Made by a program: the position numbers and the translations under genes. From an uncultured Solirubrobacterales bacterium (lineage in GTDB: Bacteria > Actinomycetota > Thermoleophilia > Solirubrobacterales > Solirubrobacteraceae), in NCBI GenBank assembly GCA_963734425.1, contig CAVTGW010000006.1, positions 124,295-188,294 on the forward strand: 64,000 bases of DNA, written 5' to 3'. Of the stretch, positions 9,501-17,863 are shown piece by piece. The notes under the pieces were generated by a model. The model was not told the DNA's origin, did no database searches, and saw only the letters and a program-made list of their open reading frames with translations. Position 1 is the stretch's first letter, and each line of letters starts with the position of its first letter.

Positions 9501-10429
9501 GTCCCCGTGACATTGTGAATGTAAAGAGAGGAAACCTGTGGCCTGTTGGTCGGAGTTACTATCGATGCGAGCCGTTCGACCGTGCCTTGGCTGTTCGTAG
9601 CCCTGACGCGCGTGTAATACGTTGTTTCGGGGGTGAGACCAGTCACTTCTGTGGTCGGTGTCGCGAATTCTTCGGCGACGCTGATCGTACCCGTCGCCAT
9701 ACCCGTGGTGAATGGCTTCCATGAACCTGCGTTTTCTGGTTCGGTCGTATATTCAAAACTGTATTTCGTTTCAGCGCCATCGCTCTCGATCGTTCCAAGA
9801 GCGAGAGCAGAAGTAGGGCTGGTCGTGCCTGCTTCGAAGCGGCGTTCACCCAAATAGCTGCCGATTTCGGGCTTTCCCACCGCGGTCGTCCTGAATTCAA
9901 CCGTCTTTTCAGAACTGCCGTCTTCCGTTTCCGCGTGAAAGCGGGCGTAGTAAGTAGTTTCAGGAGTCAGGTGGCGAAGCACACCCTCAGCGAATTCTCC
10001 TTCTTCCGCAGAGTCGCCCAACCCAAGAGATATCTTGACACTGACCGAGAATCCTTCTACTTCTGCTTCCACGATTTTGATGCCGGTCGTACCACCCCCT
10101 GCCATTGTCCACGGGCCACTGGGACTGGTAGCGTATTCTCCATACCATTTGAGCTGTAGTCCACTATCGTGTCCTTGGGGATTATCGGTGGTTTGCACTT
10201 CCACCGCTATGTACGCTCGCGTGGCATAGACGCTTTCCTCAGAGAGTTCGCTCGAGAACACGGGAGGCCCACCCGAGAGGAGCAGCGGCGTCACGGCACC
10301 CGTGAGGACAGAGTCAGGGCCCGACGAAGCAGACGCGAGAGCGGGAGCGACCATGAGCGAGCAGACCAACACGAGCGCGACCGTGATACATCCCGCAAGA
10401 GACCTCGCAAGCGACCTTGGATGAATCAC
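6497..10429 (-). CDS. Large secreted protein: FN3-like repeats + TolB/WD40-like beta-propeller + basic C-tail
   Basis: GTG start after GAAAGG; four (G)L(T/Q)P.(T/S).YY.R-type FN3 motifs; SADGSR/SPDGRY/SGDGSR blade motifs; CEGDAC then K/R-rich tail. Confidence 0.8.
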   Translation of the reverse strand: MIHPRSLARSLAGCITVALVLVCSLMVAPALASASSGPDSVLTGAVTPLLLSGGPPVFSSELSEESVYATRAYIAVEVQTTDNPQGHDSGLQLKWYGEYATSPSGPWTMAGGGTTGIKIVEAEVEGFSVSVKISLGLGDSAEEGEFAEGVLRHLTPETTYYARFHAETEDGSSEKTVEFRTTAVGKPEIGSYLGERRFEAGTTSPTSALALGTIESDGAETKYSFEYTTEPENAGSWKPFTTGMATGTISVAEEFATPTTEVTGLTPETTYYTRVRATNSQGTVERLASIVTPTNRPQVSSLYIHNVTGTTAAFVANVSPHHLETHWRFEDATSEAGPWLPVAGAEGTFSQAQAEALPIEQGPSVGGRVTGLQPASRYYVRLFASSSAGDYTGKPESFQTEGPPTASTFVTHALHGESVRVLGAVNPNSALTSEEQEISIEGAPTGGTFTLTFKGKTTAPIAFDAPAQGTNGLEGALNALAALPSEEVSVNGVPGGPYNVDFNRGNGGEVSEPLIVANASGLTPSGSVAVAVLQQGGEGYDARYHFEYVSQAQFERPGSEGGFAKAVLTPEVDVGAGVAAKFAGADLAGVTPGETYHYRIVAASTFPGNPVEHGAEQTLTVPAASAVESPATCPNEAFRTGPSASLPACRAYEQVTPVEKEGAQELFDYGNEPIPRALVGEDGDHVMVENPAVTWGLSANSGQSPYFLSRDPQNGWQVTAGSAQPEAGVSEMSPMVFSPDLTQVAFVSGIETSASNESKDVALKTGPPGGPYTTIVSVPRQLEGDLVGASADFSTLILQTSDHSLLGSPTGTVNGSDLYEYSGGALRQVNVNSEGKKLGSCGAHIVEGNGSSAQASGGSWNSVSADGSRVFFEEVPGSDCSEPSQLYVREGGEKTVDIGPYTFVGASSDGSRLLVEKTTGDSNEFFVEEIGSAPELLFSTHARVGGGVFLSRNFDAFYFALDEPLPGTEAPAPSSEVGFRGVSNALDIYRYDIQSKTLSFVDQADDEDGFDPQVSPDGRYFYFSSKVVGGVPGGAIAPAGGWSSSKAAGEEPTWQIYRYDSVEHTVECISCASPFDSEPKLTASFGSTLIFRDLGRPADVFVSGDGSRAFFETPAALVAADVDGEVPPNRILSAEDSTNLENWSPSSDVYEWRRDGTDGCAHVQGCLALISSGRGGYLTILLGSAEEGRDVFFYTSSQLVAQDKDTAGDIYDARIGGGLPGPPPRPVECEGDACSTPASAPNDTTPASATFNGVGNMISAPPSKPGMTPKEHKPKKKHANKKKRKGAKRKRARRLPGRSDKAREHSRRMK

Positions 10430-10478
10430 GTTCGCGCCTTTCTCAGGGGAATGCCGCATGTCGCCAAACCCGCACCGA

Positions 10479-11327
10479 TCATTCGGCCGTTACCGCCCAC
10501 GTGCCGCTGATTCGTACCAGGCCGGCATTTTCGGCTTTCACCGCAAAGCCGAAGCCTGTCGCGTCGGCCGATTCGGGAGTGCTCCCGCCAGAAAGAGCGC
10601 ATTCGAGCAATCTTTCAGATGCTCCCGTGGCGCAGACCTTCGTCCCGGCGGGCCCGGACTTGACATCGCCTTCTTCACGTGCAAATACACAGAGATTCCC
10701 CGGTTCGGCACCAGGTTCCGTCACGTTGCCGGTACATCCCTGCGGAGCAACCGGAAACACTTTTTCTTCTTCTTCTTTTTCGGTCGGAGCCGAAATTATG
10801 TGCACCGCGGCGGGCGCGCTCGCAAGCGGTATCCCAAAACTGACGGCACCGGCTAAAAATTCTTGTCCTCCTCCAGTGGTGGGCACGGAGGTCCACAAGC
10901 CCCAATCGCCCTTGAGCGTTTCGCCGCTGGGAAGGACCTTGGTGAAGCCGGTCGTTCCGTTTGCACCAGCTTTGCCTTCGTGGCCTTCTTTGCCTTCCGG
11001 GCCCTGCGCACCCGTTTCACCCTTGGCGCCGGTCGCTCCCGCGGGACCCTGGGCTCCCGCCGCGCCAACCAGTCCCGCGGGGCCAGCGGGCCCCGTCGCA
11101 CCAGTCGCGCCCTTGGGGCCAGCGGGACCCCGGGCACCCGTCTTGGTTTTATCCTTGGCTTTGCTCTTCGCTACCGTCGCGACCATGGAGCCGTCTGACG
11201 TACTCCCTTTGGAGACGGCGCCGTGGCTGCCCACGGCATAAGCGCCGCCTGACATTGCGAACACCAGCGCGAGCGTCGCTGCGATGTTGCTGTAGGTGAG
11301 GCGGCTGCGTATCGCTTGAAGCATCAC
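10479..11327 (-). CDS. Secreted collagen-like protein
   Basis: 21 consecutive Gly-X-Y triplets (GARGPAGPK...GANGTT); N-terminal RLTYSNIAATLALVFAMSGGAYA; GGAGG RBS. Confidence 0.85.
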   Translation of the reverse strand: MMLQAIRSRLTYSNIAATLALVFAMSGGAYAVGSHGAVSKGSTSDGSMVATVAKSKAKDKTKTGARGPAGPKGATGATGPAGPAGLVGAAGAQGPAGATGAKGETGAQGPEGKEGHEGKAGANGTTGFTKVLPSGETLKGDWGLWTSVPTTGGGQEFLAGAVSFGIPLASAPAAVHIISAPTEKEEEEKVFPVAPQGCTGNVTEPGAEPGNLCVFAREEGDVKSGPAGTKVCATGASERLLECALSGGSTPESADATGFGFAVKAENAGLVRISGTWAVTAE

Positions 11328-11389
11328 GTTCCTCCGATTCGTTTATCCGGTGTGTTCAGGCGCAACGCGCCACCTAAGCCTTGGTAATG

Positions 11390-11426
11390 GAACGCCGCGG
11401 CCCGGAGAGGGTGGGCCGCGGCGTTC
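11390..11426. terminator. Perfect 14-bp GC stem-loop in the leader of the collagen-like gene
   Basis: GAACGCCGCGGCCC-N9-GGGCCGCGGCGTTC; no U tract. Confidence 0.5.
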
Positions 11427-11603
11427 GCTTGAGAGGCGCCGGCGCCGGGGAGGGGTCCTAGCGCGGGCGATCCCTTACACGCCCCTCGGGGTAAGAGCGA
11501 CGTGCAAGCCTTAAGTGCCGCGGCCAAGCGCGGCGCGTCTTGGTTTGACCCATACATCGAAGCCACCTCGCTCCTCATCTTTCGCACTGCTCTCCTCACT
11601 CTC

Positions 11604-11645
11604 CTCTTTATCTCCCCACAGGGCTCTTTATCTCCCCACAGGGCT
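11604..11645. repeat. 20-bp perfect tandem repeat (CTCTTTATCTCCCCACAGGG x2)
   Basis: Read directly in the divergent intergenic region. Confidence 0.9.
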
Positions 11646-11748
11646 TGCCTATGGGCGTTCCACAGACCAGCTGTGAAAGTGCTGTTGCAGAAGGCGGCAA
11701 CGCCTCTGGAAGCGATGATGGTGGCCAACTGAGGACCGCACAAGGTGT

Positions 11749-11772
11749 ATGACTTAGAACGTTCTATGTCAT
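11749..11772. promoter_or_regulatory. 24-bp near-perfect palindrome, candidate PadR operator
   Basis: ATGACTTAGAAC-GTTCTATGTCAT (1 mismatch), ~90 nt upstream of padR ATG. Confidence 0.6.
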
Positions 11773-11862
11773 CACTTGACCTGGCGCCCCAGAGTGTCAC
11801 TCTCTCCAGTAGTGGGACCGCAGCACAATCCACCAGACCAGGGCGGGCGTGAACGGGCGTCG

Positions 11863-12483
11863 ATGCATTCACGTGTTCGCTGGGCGCTGCTTGGTCTGGT
11901 GATCGAGCGCCCCAGCCATGCATACGATCTTGCACAGCGCTTCGAGCGCCGCTACGGCTCGGTGCTGACACTGAGCGACCGCCGCCACGCCTACGCCGCA
12001 CTGCGCACGCTCGGCGAGCGGGAGCTGATCGAGCAGATCCCAGGCACTGAGGGCGAGGGACCGCATCCCAAGCCCTCCTACCGAGCCACCGCCAAGGGGG
12101 TCGCTGAATACCGGGAGTGGCTGATCGGCCAGGTCGGCGAGGACCGCCGCCAGCACGAGCTGTTCGTCCTGGCGCTCTCAGCATTGACCCGCCAGCCCGA
12201 GCAGATGATCGAGGTCGTGGGACTCTGCGAGCAGGAGTGGCTGAAGGAAGGCAAGGCCAACCCCATCTCACAGAAGCAGAAGGACGAGCCGGCCGATACG
12301 GACGAGACGCCTGACTGGCTCGCGCCGCTGCTCGATCGCCTCATCGAAGAGGAGAACCGCCTGACGGTGGGCGCCAAGCTCGAGTGGGTGCAGTACGCGC
12401 GCGAGCAGCTCGGCGATTTCGCGAAAGGCAAGCCGAGTGCGGCCGCACGGCCGCGACCCGACGAGAAGACCGAGCGCAGATGA
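11863..12483 (+). CDS. PadR family transcriptional regulator with helical C-terminal domain
   Basis: WALLGLVIERPSHAYDLAQRF ... YAALRTL ... YRATAKG..EYREWL. Confidence 0.85.
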   Translation: MHSRVRWALLGLVIERPSHAYDLAQRFERRYGSVLTLSDRRHAYAALRTLGERELIEQIPGTEGEGPHPKPSYRATAKGVAEYREWLIGQVGEDRRQHELFVLALSALTRQPEQMIEVVGLCEQEWLKEGKANPISQKQKDEPADTDETPDWLAPLLDRLIEEENRLTVGAKLEWVQYAREQLGDFAKGKPSAAARPRPDEKTERR

Positions 12484-13196
12484 CCCTGCTCGCGCTCGAG
12501 CACGTCCACAAGCGCTACGGCGCGGGATGGTTCGAGCGCGAGGTGCTGCGGAACGTGATGCTGCAGATCGAGCAAGGCGAGCTCGCGGTCGTATGGGGCA
12601 TGCGCGCCTCGGGGCGCTCCACGCTCCTGAGGATCGCCACGGGCATCGAGCCACCCGACAGCGGCATCGTGCGCTTCGAAGGCCACGACCTCGCACACCA
12701 CGGCGAGCGGCTGCTCGGCGAGCAGATCGGCTACTGCCAGCGCACGCTGCGCTTCACTGAAGGCGAGCGTGCCCTGGAGTACGTCATGGTCGGGCCGCTC
12801 GCACGCCGCTTCTCCCCCACCAATGCGCGCGTCCGGGCACTGCGAGCGCTGGAGCGCGTAGGCGCCGAGCGCTGCGCGAAGCTGCGAGCACACGAGCTCT
12901 CAAGCGCCGAGGCCGTGCGCGTCGCGCTCGCCCGCACGCTCGCACTGCAGCCACAACTGATCGTGATCGACGAGCCCGTCAAGGGCGTCGAGCTGAGCGA
13001 GCGGGATTCAATCCTCGCACTGCTGCGCTCGCTCGCCGACGAAGGGATCACGGTACTCGCGAGCACAGGCGAGTCCACGGGGCTCTCCGAAGCCGACGCA
13101 GCGCTGACCATCGGCGCCGGCGAGCTGCACAGCGTCAGAGCCCACCTGGCACCGGTGCTGGCGCTGCACCCCACGCCACGGCGCGTAAGCGCGTAG
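12480..13196 (+). CDS. ABC-type ATP-binding protein with degenerate motifs
   Basis: ATGA-coupled to padR; Walker A GMRASGRST, signature LSSAE, Walker B IVIDEP, no H-loop His. Confidence 0.8.
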   Translation: MTLLALEHVHKRYGAGWFEREVLRNVMLQIEQGELAVVWGMRASGRSTLLRIATGIEPPDSGIVRFEGHDLAHHGERLLGEQIGYCQRTLRFTEGERALEYVMVGPLARRFSPTNARVRALRALERVGAERCAKLRAHELSSAEAVRVALARTLALQPQLIVIDEPVKGVELSERDSILALLRSLADEGITVLASTGESTGLSEADAALTIGAGELHSVRAHLAPVLALHPTPRRVSA

Positions 13197-13227
13197 GGGG
13201 TGAGGCGCCCCGACAGCGGAAATTGGC

Positions 13228-13344
13228 TCAGGTGTAGTCGAACATGCTGGCGAGCTGCTCTCTGACCGTTGCCGGCATCACCGGCTTGTCCAAAGACGCA
13301 GCGACACTGGCTACCGTGTCGGCCACTAAAACGGTATAGGCCAC
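13228..13344 (-). pseudogene. 38-aa ORF, possible truncated toxin remnant
   Basis: GTG AYTVLVADTVASVAASLDKPVMPATVREQLASMFDYT*, 12 nt after the HTH gene; not in the ORF track. Confidence 0.3.
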
Positions 13345-13356
13345 CAGGTTCGCTCT

Positions 13357-13812
13357 TCAGGCTGGTTGCAGCTTGCCCTCGGCCAGATCTTTCAGACCCT
13401 GGCGTACGCTCTGACTTGAACGGTCGGTCATATCTTCCACGTATCGAACCACCCCCTCCAGCCACTCACGATCCTCGCCTCTGGTACGCAGCTCACGCAC
13501 CGCGCGGCCAGCACGTCTTAGACTGTCGTGCTCGATCAGCACCGGCTTAGAGCCCGGTAGGACGACCAGCGCACCACGTTTTGCCCAAAGCCGGACAGTG
13601 GGCTCGGACACACCGAGATACTCCGCTGCCTGGGCCACCGGGACGCCCTGAGCGGCATTCGGGGCGGCCCGCTTGAGCTGTGTACCCATTGCCTTGAGTT
13701 GCTCCGCCAGCTCTCCCGCGCGCTGGGGATCCCTGATCTCGCTGAGCTCGTCAACCACGTCGTCCAAGCCAATCAGGAACGACGCGAGAGCACGATCATG
13801 CTTGGTAGCCAT
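13357..13812 (-). CDS. Helix-turn-helix (excisionase/MerR-like) domain protein, antitoxin-like
   Basis: VPVAQAAEYLGVSEPTVRLWAKRG; TAGTAT 6 nt upstream of ATG 13812. Confidence 0.75.
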   Translation of the reverse strand: MATKHDRALASFLIGLDDVVDELSEIRDPQRAGELAEQLKAMGTQLKRAAPNAAQGVPVAQAAEYLGVSEPTVRLWAKRGALVVLPGSKPVLIEHDSLRRAGRAVRELRTRGEDREWLEGVVRYVEDMTDRSSQSVRQGLKDLAEGKLQPA

Positions 13813-13887
13813 TCCCACATACTATCGCATGGCGTTCGGTTTTTTGCCCCTTTCTCAAAAGCCTCGCCCGCAAGATATTCTCCGGGG

Positions 13888-14853
13888 GTGTCGGGCAAGT
13901 GTTGCGGCGCCATCGCCGCCCTCACGGTCGCTCTGGTGGCGTGCGCGGTGGCGCCGGCGGTGGCGTCCAAGTCGGCGTACCCGCCGTGCTTTGGTGCGGC
14001 ATCGCGTGACCCTGTCCATCGGTGTGAGAACCCCAAGCTGAGCCTCATGGTGGTGCCCTCACCCAACGAAGCGCTGATCCTGCCCAACGCCCCCTGCACG
14101 CCGATCGAAGCGCCGATCAGCGTGTGCACCTTCGGTGTCCCGCCCGCGCAGGCCACCCGCACCGTCGCTCTGGTCGGTGACAGCCACGCCGCGCACTGGC
14201 GCGCCGCCCTCGAGGTTGTGGCGAAGCGGCTGCGGTGGTATGGCATATCCATCACACGGTCCAGCTGCCCGTTCACGCAGGGGATCACGATCGCTCCGGA
14301 ACCGAAGCGCTCAGAATGCCTGGAATGGAATCGGGGCGTGCTGCGGTGGTTCGCCGGGCATCCCGAAGTGAGCACGATGTTCATCTCAGATCACCCCGGG
14401 CCCGTTGAAGCCCTGCCGGGCCAGAGCCTCATGGCAGCCTGGGTCGCCGGGATCACCTCCGCGTGGGATGCGCTGCCCGCGACGGTCGCGCACATCGTCG
14501 TGATCCGGGATGACCCATTCATCAACGAAGACACCCTCCCCTGCGTGGAACGCGCCATCGCGCAGCACGAGGATGCCGGCATCAGGTGTGAGGTGCCCCG
14601 CAGCCAGGCCATACACCGAGATCCCGACGTGGTGGCGGCAGAAGAACTGCACTCGTCGCGCGTCCAGGTCGTTGACCTGACTCACTTCTTCTGTGGCAGC
14701 CGTTGGTGCTACCCGGTCATCGGCGGCGCCCTCGTCTACCGCGATGACTTCGATCATTTGACGAGTGTCTTCTCCACGACACTCGGGCCATTCCTACTCG
14801 AAAAGATCGAAGGGTTGATGGCATCGTGGCACGAAACCGAGATGTCGCAGTGA
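13888..14853 (+). CDS. Secreted SGNH-hydrolase domain protein (AT3-associated type, stand-alone)
   Basis: Signal peptide; VALVGDSHAAHW; YRDDFDHLT; several Cys. Confidence 0.8.
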   Translation: MSGKCCGAIAALTVALVACAVAPAVASKSAYPPCFGAASRDPVHRCENPKLSLMVVPSPNEALILPNAPCTPIEAPISVCTFGVPPAQATRTVALVGDSHAAHWRAALEVVAKRLRWYGISITRSSCPFTQGITIAPEPKRSECLEWNRGVLRWFAGHPEVSTMFISDHPGPVEALPGQSLMAAWVAGITSAWDALPATVAHIVVIRDDPFINEDTLPCVERAIAQHEDAGIRCEVPRSQAIHRDPDVVAAEELHSSRVQVVDLTHFFCGSRWCYPVIGGALVYRDDFDHLTSVFSTTLGPFLLEKIEGLMASWHETEMSQ

Positions 14854-14878
14854 CTTCGACCTCGTGTGATTTCGGTCG

Positions 14879-15265
14879 CTACGTGTCCTGCTGGTAGGTG
14901 TGCACCACTTCTTCCTTGCGATGACGGCAGGTCACGCGCGCGTCGATCTCGGTCGGAATCGAGTTGCGGTGTTCGCTGCAGCTGAAGCCCAGGACGCCCC
15001 CCGAACAACGACCAGCCGCGCCATGACGGACACGACAGCGATAGTAGGCGAGCTCGACCTTGCGACCCGTCGAGCAGCTCGTGCCCTTGACCGACAGCGA
15101 CGTGAAGTAGCCGGTGCCCGGATACTGCGGGGAGGAGCAGGTGCGTGCCGCGTGCGCGAGCGGGCGGGCGGCAGCGTTGCCACTAACCATGACAAGTGCT
15201 ACCACGAGACTTGCTGCACACGATGCGAGCAATCGTGGGAGCAACGAGCGGGTGTGCGTGATCAT
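14879..15265 (-). CDS. Small secreted Cys-rich hypothetical protein
   Basis: Signal peptide ending AHAA; six Cys in the mature part. Confidence 0.65.
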   Translation of the reverse strand: MITHTRSLLPRLLASCAASLVVALVMVSGNAAARPLAHAARTCSSPQYPGTGYFTSLSVKGTSCSTGRKVELAYYRCRVRHGAAGRCSGGVLGFSCSEHRNSIPTEIDARVTCRHRKEEVVHTYQQDT

Positions 15266-15319
15266 CTGTCTCCCATCGGAAGTGGCGGTGGCCGGACATC
15301 CTAGTGTCTGGAACTCCGC

Positions 15320-16345
15320 TCAGTAGGTGTAGTTGTGCCCGATCGCTTCCAGGACGTAGCGCGCCAGCAGGCTCGAGCCCGCTTCATTGAGATGGATGCC
15401 GTCGGCCTCCCTCACGATCGTCTGTTTGCCGGCGATGCTCATCGCGTCGCGATAGACGAAGCCTGGTGTGAAGATCGGCACGGTGTTGATGATCTGGATC
15501 TGCGAGACCCACGGCTGCGCCGCGACGTCGATCGCCGCGTTGACGACCCGGGCGATGCGCGCGCGGGCAGGGTCACGAGGCGCAGGGAGCGTGAGCCAGT
15601 AGACATGGGCGGCTCCGTCCTGGCGGTAGGTGTTCATGATCTGCCGTACCCGGTCGGCGTAGATCGCGCCCCAGCGCGCGCCGCAACAGGAGACTTCGCG
15701 GCCTTCGGGGCCTTCCATGGGAAAGCCGTCGTTGGCGCCGATGAAGACGACGATCGCTTCGGGGTGGTCTTCCTTGACCTGATGCGCGGAGAGCCTGCCC
15801 CAGTTCACGACGAAGGTTGTCGAGATCCCTGTGCCGATGTGCGGTTCCTGGACGACGTGGACATGCTTGGGGATGAGCGCGTCGGCGAGGTCGCTGTCAA
15901 GCGGCTGGGACATCGAGTCCCCCGTGACCAGCAGCGTGTGCAGCGGTTTGCGTGGCGGCGCCGGTTCGCCGATCGCCGCGGGTTCAAACGCGGTCGGGCT
16001 CACCGGCGGGACCGCATCGGACGCCGCGAGCGCCTTCGGGTCAGCGAAGCCTCCCGCGCCGGAGAGGTTCGGTTCCGGGTTCAGCCAACTCGTCGCGCCG
16101 CTGGCAACACCCACGAACGGGAGCTGCCTGGCGATCCAATCGCTGGGGCGGCCCACTGCCAGGACGGCGTCGCGGCCGATCCCGGGGTTCATCTCTTCGC
16201 CTGCCTTGCGCACCGACGGTCCCTCGAAGAGGATCAGGACGAACGCGGTGAGGAGCACCGCGATCACGCCTTCGCGGGCACGAAAGCGCCGCAGGCCGGC
16301 ACGGTCGAAGCGGTTCATCAGGTTGTCGTCGCGGGGCTCTGCCAT
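15320..16345 (-). CDS. DUF459/GDSL-SGNH family membrane-anchored acyltransferase/esterase
   Basis: N-terminal TM; LVTGDSM, IGANDG, DGIHLNEAG; ATG 2 nt after the MBOAT stop. Confidence 0.8.
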   Translation of the reverse strand: MAEPRDDNLMNRFDRAGLRRFRAREGVIAVLLTAFVLILFEGPSVRKAGEEMNPGIGRDAVLAVGRPSDWIARQLPFVGVASGATSWLNPEPNLSGAGGFADPKALAASDAVPPVSPTAFEPAAIGEPAPPRKPLHTLLVTGDSMSQPLDSDLADALIPKHVHVVQEPHIGTGISTTFVVNWGRLSAHQVKEDHPEAIVVFIGANDGFPMEGPEGREVSCCGARWGAIYADRVRQIMNTYRQDGAAHVYWLTLPAPRDPARARIARVVNAAIDVAAQPWVSQIQIINTVPIFTPGFVYRDAMSIAGKQTIVREADGIHLNEAGSSLLARYVLEAIGHNYTY

Positions 16346-16347
16346 GG

Positions 16348-17740
16348 CTAGAAGCGGAAGTAGATGAACGGGGCCACGCCCTGGCTGGGCACGGTCGCGC
16401 TTACGAACGCGATGACGAGCGCCAGGCCGGCGCCGAGCAGGAGCGGGCGTGCGGACTCCACGCGCACCTGCAGGCGTTCGAGCCAGTCGGTTGGGAGCAG
16501 TTGCAAGCCGACGGTCGCGACGATCGCGCAGAGCACCGGGGCCGTCCAGAGCGTTGGGGTGGAGAACACCGTCAAGCGGGATAGAAGCGTACCGACGTCG
16601 GTCAGGCTCTGAGCCCGGAACAGGACCCAGCCAAAGACGATCAGGTTGAAGGTGATGAGCCAGCGAAACCAGCCGGGCAACTTCACGCGCCCACCCCACG
16701 CGTGCTCGGCGACGAGGCCCAGGCCGTTGAAGGCTCCCCAGAGCACGAACGTCCACGCGGCGCCGTGCCACAGGCCGCCCAGGACCATCGTGATCATGAG
16801 GTTGCGGTAGGTCATCAGCGTCCCCTTGCGGTTGCCGCCGAGCGGGATGTAGAGGTCGTCGCGCAGGAAGCGCGAGAGCGTCATGTGCCAGCGCCGCCAG
16901 AAGTCGCGAAACCCGGTCGCGCGGTAGGGGCTGCGGAAGTTCTGCGGGAAGACGTATCCCAGCAGCAGGGCGAGGCCAATCGCCATGTCGGTGTAGCCGG
17001 AGAAGTCGCAGTAGATCTCCGCGGCGAAGCCGTAGGCGGCGAGGACGACGTCCAGGGCTCCGTAGCCTCGCGGCACCGCAAAGACGGGTTCCACGAGCAC
17101 CCGGGCAAGGTAGTCGGCGATCACGACCTTCTTCACGAGGCCGAGCGCGATCAGGGACAGGCCCGAGCTGACCGCGACCCGGTCGGGATTGCGTGGACTG
17201 CTCAGCTGCGGCAGGAACTCCCTGGCGCGCACGATCGGCCCGGCGATCAGGTGGGGGAAGAAGGACAGATAGACGGCGAAGTCGAGGCCGCTCGCGGGCT
17301 CGACGTGACGGCGCTTCACGTCGAGCGACATAGGAGATCGCCTGGAAGGTGAAGAAGCTGATCCCCACGGGCAGGGCGATCGTCAGCAACGGCAAGCCGG
17401 GCGAGAGCCCGACGCCGCCGAGGACGTTCGCCCACTGCTGAACGAAGAACGAGTAGTACTTGAAGACGCCGAGCAGGCCGAGATCGAACGCCACGGCGCC
17501 CGCCACGATCAGGCGACGGCGTCGCTCCTCGTCGGTGCGATGCAGCAATACGGCCGCTATCTGGTTGGCGATGGTGACGGCGGCGAGTAGGAAGATGAAC
17601 TTCCAGCCGGCCGAGGCGTAGAAGATGTAGCTCGCGAGGAGGATGAACGGCTTCCAGAGCCTGGGTCTGGACATCAGCGCCCACGAGATCGTCAGAACGA
17701 TCGGAAAGAAGATCGCGAACTGGACGGTTGGGAAGAGCAA
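16348..17740 (-). pseudogene. MBOAT O-acyltransferase (AlgI/DltB/PatA-like) with +1 frameshift at ~17326
   Basis: LPVGISFFTFQAISYV in one frame; DVKR..FFPHLIAGPIVR, YCDFSGYTDMAIG, FWRRWHMTLS, GLWHGAAWTF in the next. Confidence 0.85.
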
Positions 17741-17863
17741 CTTCTCGGCGGCTCCGCGTCAGTGCCGGCGAGCCATCGGTCGGTCGAGAGCTTCGGGTCG
17801 CATCGGCGGGCACGGTATAGCTTGAGTGCCCATCGGGATCGCACCAGCTAGGCTCGGTCCTCG

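Noticed and set aside
11460-11560. c-di-GMP-I or c-di-AMP riboswitch
   Set aside because: GGTCAAACC is present but the GNRA/receptor and GACGCAAAG elements, and the ydaO consensus, are not.
11604-11670. DnaA-box-like words (TTATCTCCCCACA, GTTCCACA) suggesting an origin
   Set aside because: Poor match to TT(A/G)TCCACA, too few copies, no dnaA or rep gene nearby.
11324-12271. 315-aa minus-strand ORF across the intergenic region and padR
   Set aside because: Low-complexity shadow ORF antisense to padR with no motifs.
15320-17740. 806-aa MBOAT-SGNH fusion in the ORF track
   Set aside because: Artefact of the +1 frameshift; the middle is off-frame, and the SGNH gene has its own ATG at 16345.
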